Source: an uncultured Alphaproteobacteria bacterium
GTDB lineage: Bacteria; Pseudomonadota; Alphaproteobacteria; RF32; CAG-239
Assembly (NCBI GenBank): GCA_944390275.1
Contig: CALXPL010000004.1
Coordinates: 95,814-159,813 of the forward strand
DNA length: 64,000 nucleotides
Direction: 5' to 3'
The notes beneath the pieces were generated by a model. It saw only the letters and a list, made by a program, of their open reading frames with translations. It ran no database searches and was not told the origin of the DNA. Positions 59,570 through 64,000 of this stretch are shown piece after piece. How positions within the stretch are numbered: the stretch's first letter is position 1; each line of letters starts with the position of its first letter. A program made the position numbers and the translations under genes.

Positions 59570-61318
59570 ATGGGGTACGATTTAATTTTTTCACAAGCCT
59601 TAAAATTGCACGAAGCCGGAAGATTTGACGAAGCGGAAAGATTATACCGTCAAATTTTAGAAACGGCACCGGAAAATCCGGATGTCTTAAATCTTCTCGG
59701 ACTAGTCGCTCAAGCCAAAGGCATTCATGAAGAAGCGATAAGTTTATTTGACCAAGCCGTCAGAATCAGTCCCCAGCATGCACCCTACTGTTTCAATCTG
59801 GCTTTATCATTAGCCGCCACGGGAAAATACTACGAAGCCATAAAATTATACGAAAAGGCCGCCTCATTAACACCGAATGTCGTTGAAATATGGATAGAAT
59901 TAGGCAAAGCCCATAAAGCCGTTGGCAACCATCAAACCGCCCTAACCTGTTTCAATCAGGCATTAAGCCGCGATAAAGATAATATTTCCGCAAAAATCGA
60001 AAAGGCATTACTGTCAGAAAACAAAGAGAAGGAATTACACGAATTAGAACAAACCTTTCCTCAAGAACCGGCAATAAAGCATCAGTTAAGTTTAAATTAT
60101 CTCGAAAAAAAACAACACGAAAAAGCTCTTGATTATGCGTTAAAAGCCTATTCACAAGAGCCTGACAATGAAGAAATTTGTGAAATCATCGGTTATTGCT
60201 ATCGTCAAAAAGGCGATTGGGAAAAAAGCAAAGACTATTTCAATAAAGCCCTGAAAATCAATAAAAAATCAGTATTTGCCTTAACAAATCTAGGGAGTAT
60301 CTTCAGCCAAGAAGGCAACAACAAGCAAGCCGAAGCCTATTTTCAACAAGTATTTTCATTAGATAATAACAATGCGGAAGCCCACATAAATTATGCCGAT
60401 ATGCTCTATCATGCCGACCGCATGTTGGAAGCCATCGAAGAATACCACAAAGCGGTTCTTCTTCAACCGGATAATCTTGCCATCAGCAACAATTTGGGAG
60501 TTATACTCAAAGATATCGGAGATTATACAGAAGCCTTAGGCTTGTTTTTCAAAGCCTACAAACAAAATCCCCACGATGAAAAAATATCAATCAACATTTA
60601 TGAAACCCTACAAATTTTATATCAAAGCGACAAAGAAACCGCAAAAAAGATAGCCGAGAACTGGAAAAAAGACAGTCCAAACAATTGCTATGCAGAACGA
60701 ATAAATCAAAATTTCCGCGGAGAAGAACCCACGCAGGAAGAAAACAATCGCTTCAACCAAAAGCTGTTTAATAACTTTGCAACAGATTATGAGCAAGTTT
60801 TAACCAAAATAAATTATACCCTCCCCCAACAAATTTCACAAATTTTGGGAAAAGTTCAAGGAAGAATATGGGATTTGGGATGCGGTACGGGTTTATGCGG
60901 ACAGTCTTTAAAAAACGAACAAAATCAACTAATTGGCATTGACATATCGCCGGAAATGGTAGAAAAAGCCCGAAAAAAAGATATATATGAAGATTTAATC
61001 GTTAAAGACATAACGGAATTTCTAAAGAATCCGCCGTCCCAAAGAGCCGATTTAATCGTTGCCGCGGATGTTTTTTGCTACTTTGGCAATTTGGAAGAAA
61101 TAATAAGGCTTTGCGCACCGACAGCCCTATGTTTTTCGGTTGAAAAAGGCGAAACGGATACCTATATATTAAGAGAAAGCGGAAGATTTCAGCACAATGA
61201 CAATTATGTTAAGAAGTTGTTAACTCAAAACGGATATTCTGAAATTGAAGTAAAAGAATCGCTATTAAGAAAAGAAAACAATCAAGACGTCAAAGGATAT
61301 ATATTTTATGCCCGCTAA
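59570..61318 (+). CDS. TPR-repeat protein with C-terminal SAM-dependent methyltransferase
   Basis: Multiple TPRs; DLGCGTGLCG, ADVFCYFG, SGRFQH. Confidence 0.88.
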   Translation: MGYDLIFSQALKLHEAGRFDEAERLYRQILETAPENPDVLNLLGLVAQAKGIHEEAISLFDQAVRISPQHAPYCFNLALSLAATGKYYEAIKLYEKAASLTPNVVEIWIELGKAHKAVGNHQTALTCFNQALSRDKDNISAKIEKALLSENKEKELHELEQTFPQEPAIKHQLSLNYLEKKQHEKALDYALKAYSQEPDNEEICEIIGYCYRQKGDWEKSKDYFNKALKINKKSVFALTNLGSIFSQEGNNKQAEAYFQQVFSLDNNNAEAHINYADMLYHADRMLEAIEEYHKAVLLQPDNLAISNNLGVILKDIGDYTEALGLFFKAYKQNPHDEKISINIYETLQILYQSDKETAKKIAENWKKDSPNNCYAERINQNFRGEEPTQEENNRFNQKLFNNFATDYEQVLTKINYTLPQQISQILGKVQGRIWDLGCGTGLCGQSLKNEQNQLIGIDISPEMVEKARKKDIYEDLIVKDITEFLKNPPSQRADLIVAADVFCYFGNLEEIIRLCAPTALCFSVEKGETDTYILRESGRFQHNDNYVKKLLTQNGYSEIEVKESLLRKENNQDVKGYIFYAR

Positions 61319-61346
61319 AATCTAAGATAAAGAAAAGGAGGAAAAC

Positions 61347-62000
61347 ATGAGCGAAGAATTAATAGACATATATGATGAAAATATGCAGCTCATAGGACAG
61401 GCCTCAAAAGAGCAAGCGCACCGTGAAGGATTATGGCATAAAGCATTTCGTTGTTGGATAATCAAAAAAGATAAAGCAAATAATTGCAAAGTATGGATGC
61501 AGTTGCGTAGCAAGAACAAACAACTTTATCCGAATTTATTAGCCACCTCGGCCGCCGGTCATTTAAAAAGCGGAGAAAAGAACCGAGACGGCATTCGAGA
61601 GATTGAAGAAGAACTTGGACTAAAAATAGATAAAGAGAAACTGGTAAAATTATTTACAGGCAAACGTTTCTATCGTGATGATAAAATGATAGACAATGAA
61701 TTTAATCCCACCTATCTCTGTGAAATAGATAAAGATTTTCAAAGTCTGAAACTTCAACCGGAAGAAGTTGACGGTATTTTTGAATTTGATTTGGAAGATT
61801 TATTAAACTTATTCAATCACAAAGTTGAAAAAATTTACTCATCCGGCTTAGTAAGGAGTGATGACAAACAAGGCACCGAATTAAAAACCGGATATTTCTG
61901 GCGCAAAGACTTTGTCCCGCATGAAGATGACTATTATCAAAAAGTATTCACCACCATCAAAAGATATAACGAGGGCATAACGCCGCAAGCAGCGGAATAA
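61347..62000 (+). CDS. NUDIX hydrolase (IPP isomerase-like)
   Basis: HREGLWH, SAAGHLKSGE....GIREIEEELGL, LQPEEV. Confidence 0.85.
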   Translation: MSEELIDIYDENMQLIGQASKEQAHREGLWHKAFRCWIIKKDKANNCKVWMQLRSKNKQLYPNLLATSAAGHLKSGEKNRDGIREIEEELGLKIDKEKLVKLFTGKRFYRDDKMIDNEFNPTYLCEIDKDFQSLKLQPEEVDGIFEFDLEDLLNLFNHKVEKIYSSGLVRSDDKQGTELKTGYFWRKDFVPHEDDYYQKVFTTIKRYNEGITPQAAE

Positions 62001-62024
62001 CAAACCCCAGACGCTATTCTCCCA

Positions 62025-62054
62025 AAAAAGGAAGCCGCAAGACTTCCTTTTTTT
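62025..62054 (+). terminator. Intrinsic terminator
   Basis: AAAAAGGAAG-CCGCAAGA-CTTCCTTTTTTT. Confidence 0.7.
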
Positions 62055-62127
62055 GTCATTATTGTTGACATAATAATAAAATATATGTTATTATATTATC
62101 AATATGGACCATTAAGGAGTTTGTGCT

Positions 62128-63471
62128 ATGGAAGAAAACAATACAAAAACAACAGAAGACTTAGATGAATATTTCCAAAAACGCGAAGAAGAAATACAAA
62201 AAATAGAATTCAGCATCGACCGCAATAAAGAAAAAAATAAATTAGAAGAAGAATATAAAGCCGCAGGTTATAAAAAAATAGTTATTGGTTTAGCATCTCC
62301 GAGAGGATTGTACCAATCGATTAAATGGTATAATCCGCAAAAAGAAAACGAAGAAACGGCTCGAGTAAGAATAACAAAGGAACTTGAGAAGACAATAGAA
62401 GAAAAAGAGTTTTTTCCAATCAGCATAAAAAAAATGGAAACGACAGCAGAAAAAGACCCCGATAATTTATTTGATACAATAAAAGGCGAAATGGGAAAAT
62501 GGGAAGAAAGAATTTCTCAATCATCGCCTCAAGAACAAGAAAAAATCATAAACTCCTTAGTAGAATTGGCTGCATTAGATAAAAGCGGATTAGCAACAAA
62601 ATACATAACGCAAAACATTTTACGCTGCTCAAAAAAGCCTCATAATAGAGACGAAGCAATCTATACATTAATTAGTACGGCAAAAAATGACCGTCAACTT
62701 GCTTCAATCATATCCGGCATAAAAGAAGGCTCCAATACAGATAATAACAAATGGAATTTATCTCCACTTATGGATTGTCTAGATAATCCAAACTTTGGAG
62801 TACAATCAATGGAAGTTTTATCAAGTGCCTTACTTAGCGAAAACATTGCAGGATGGGAAGATAGGAAAATAATTAATCATGCATTAAAAGAGAAGTTTCT
62901 AACAGTGAAAGGGAAACTCCCCGAACGCGCACAATCACGCATAGATTATATGTTGCAAAGATTTGATGAATTAGAGCAAAAACACGCCAAAAAAGAAGAA
63001 GAAAGGAAGAAAGGCTCCCAAGAAAGACCATTTAATGAAATGGGACACGCAAAGGAAAAGGAAAAAGAAGAAGAAACTCAACAAAACGAAACACCAGCCC
63101 AAAAGACTTTAGGACAAAAGATATATAATTTTGCAAAACAAACCGCAAAATATGCAGGGAAAGCGGCGCTCTATGTTATAAATTTACCATATACAATGGG
63201 AAATGAAATATCCAAAAAGCTCAAAGAGGCCTTACAACCGGCATCGGTTAGACAACAGCACTATGAAGAAATTCGCAGGAACCGAAAAGAAAGAAAAGCA
63301 AAAAAAATCAACCTTAAAAACCAAGATTTTTTTAAAGATTTAAGAAATGGAAAAAATGTGAATTTAGAGGAGAAAAATGAGAAAACAACCTTTGCTCGCA
63401 AAACAGAACACAATAAAGACACGGCAAAAGCATACTTTGAAGTCTGGAGCAAAAAAGATTATACTCATTAG
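62128..63471 (+). CDS. Hypothetical charged helical protein
   Basis: 447-aa K/E-rich ORF with TTGACA promoter element and AGGAG RBS; no motif recognised. Confidence 0.6.
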   Translation: MEENNTKTTEDLDEYFQKREEEIQKIEFSIDRNKEKNKLEEEYKAAGYKKIVIGLASPRGLYQSIKWYNPQKENEETARVRITKELEKTIEEKEFFPISIKKMETTAEKDPDNLFDTIKGEMGKWEERISQSSPQEQEKIINSLVELAALDKSGLATKYITQNILRCSKKPHNRDEAIYTLISTAKNDRQLASIISGIKEGSNTDNNKWNLSPLMDCLDNPNFGVQSMEVLSSALLSENIAGWEDRKIINHALKEKFLTVKGKLPERAQSRIDYMLQRFDELEQKHAKKEEERKKGSQERPFNEMGHAKEKEKEEETQQNETPAQKTLGQKIYNFAKQTAKYAGKAALYVINLPYTMGNEISKKLKEALQPASVRQQHYEEIRRNRKERKAKKINLKNQDFFKDLRNGKNVNLEEKNEKTTFARKTEHNKDTAKAYFEVWSKKDYTH

Positions 63472-63478
63472 CCAAAAA

Positions 63479-64000
63479 TCAATTATTTTCAACAAATTGG
63501 CGAAGTTGATTATAAAGGACAAGAAATTCATCATCATGAGAGTTAAGGAAAGAACGTCTTTGAGCCGTGTCTAAAAACTCCAGAGCCGTCCCCTTCTCTA
63601 TTTTTTGATGTTGATAGTAAAAGACAGCTTGAAAAGCGCTTTCGAGTTTATCAATATTGCGAACAAAACGAGCTTCGGGAGTTTCGGCTTGTTCATATTC
63701 ATAAAAGAGAGCAACAAGATTCGGAAAATTGAGTTTTTCTTCCAAAAGGTTCATCACCGCCATTTCTTGTTTTTGCTTATCATTTTCATCGACACCGTCA
63801 AAAGGCGTAATATCTCCGACATAAATTTCGGCCAAGTCATGAATCAAAGACAATTTTAAACATTTTTCAAGATTGAGATGTTCCGGAGCAAGCATAAGAA
63901 CGAGAAAAGCCGTTCCAAAGGTATGATCAGCAACAGATTCGGCATCGGTTACATTATTTCTCACCCAACCGGTTCTTTTAAGATTTTTCAAATTACCGAG
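63479..64000 (-). CDS. HD-domain 5'-deoxynucleotidase-like protein (start lies outside the window)
   Basis: LKRTGW...ESVADHTF...HDLAE...GDITP...DKLE. Confidence 0.85.
   Translation of the reverse strand, partial: LGNLKNLKRTGWVRNNVTDAESVADHTFGTAFLVLMLAPEHLNLEKCLKLSLIHDLAEIYVGDITPFDGVDENDKQKQEMAVMNLLEEKLNFPNLVALFYEYEQAETPEARFVRNIDKLESAFQAVFYYQHQKIEKGTALEFLDTAQRRSFLNSHDDEFLVLYNQLRQFVENN

Noticed and set aside
418-63859. Numerous short antisense or alternate-frame ORFs in the track (e.g. 418-744, 11917-12384, 29578-30072, 58906-59376)
   Set aside because: They lie within well-supported genes and show no recognisable motifs.

Overview
AT-rich bacterial chromosome segment. Gene content and order (mlaD-mlaD-DUF2155; mltB-rlpA-dacA-tmk-holB-tatD-MBL hydrolase; ispH...rnhA; yejEF; stand-alone rpsD) point to an Alphaproteobacterium. 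A Bacteroidota-type Rnf operon suggests an anaerobic, probably gut-dwelling lineage (inference). The window appears to span the replication terminus: a 28-bp dif site lies at 58440-58467, and KOPS-like GGGNAGGG octamers switch strand across it. Housekeeping blocks alternate with orphan single-gene insertions. The most notable unexplained structures are: (1) a phage-free c4-type antisense RNA module at about 55.85-56.2 kb, with promoter, complementary target, overlapping terminator and a 31-aa hydrophobic ORF; (2) a two-member Cys-rich protein family with a shared constant N-terminal block, one intact and one 5'-decayed; (3) a degenerate ~19-bp repeat array abutting dif; (4) ~250-bp tandem repeats each carrying the 3' end of tRNA-Lys; (5) a membrane-anchored, degenerate GH24-lysozyme-like protein; (6) a Schlafen/AlbA_2 gene where thrB normally sits; (7) a phage-like XRE repressor whose operator palindrome recurs about 9 kb away. 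No CRISPR array, transposase, integrase or reverse transcriptase was recognised. All family assignments come from motif recognition by eye, not database searches.
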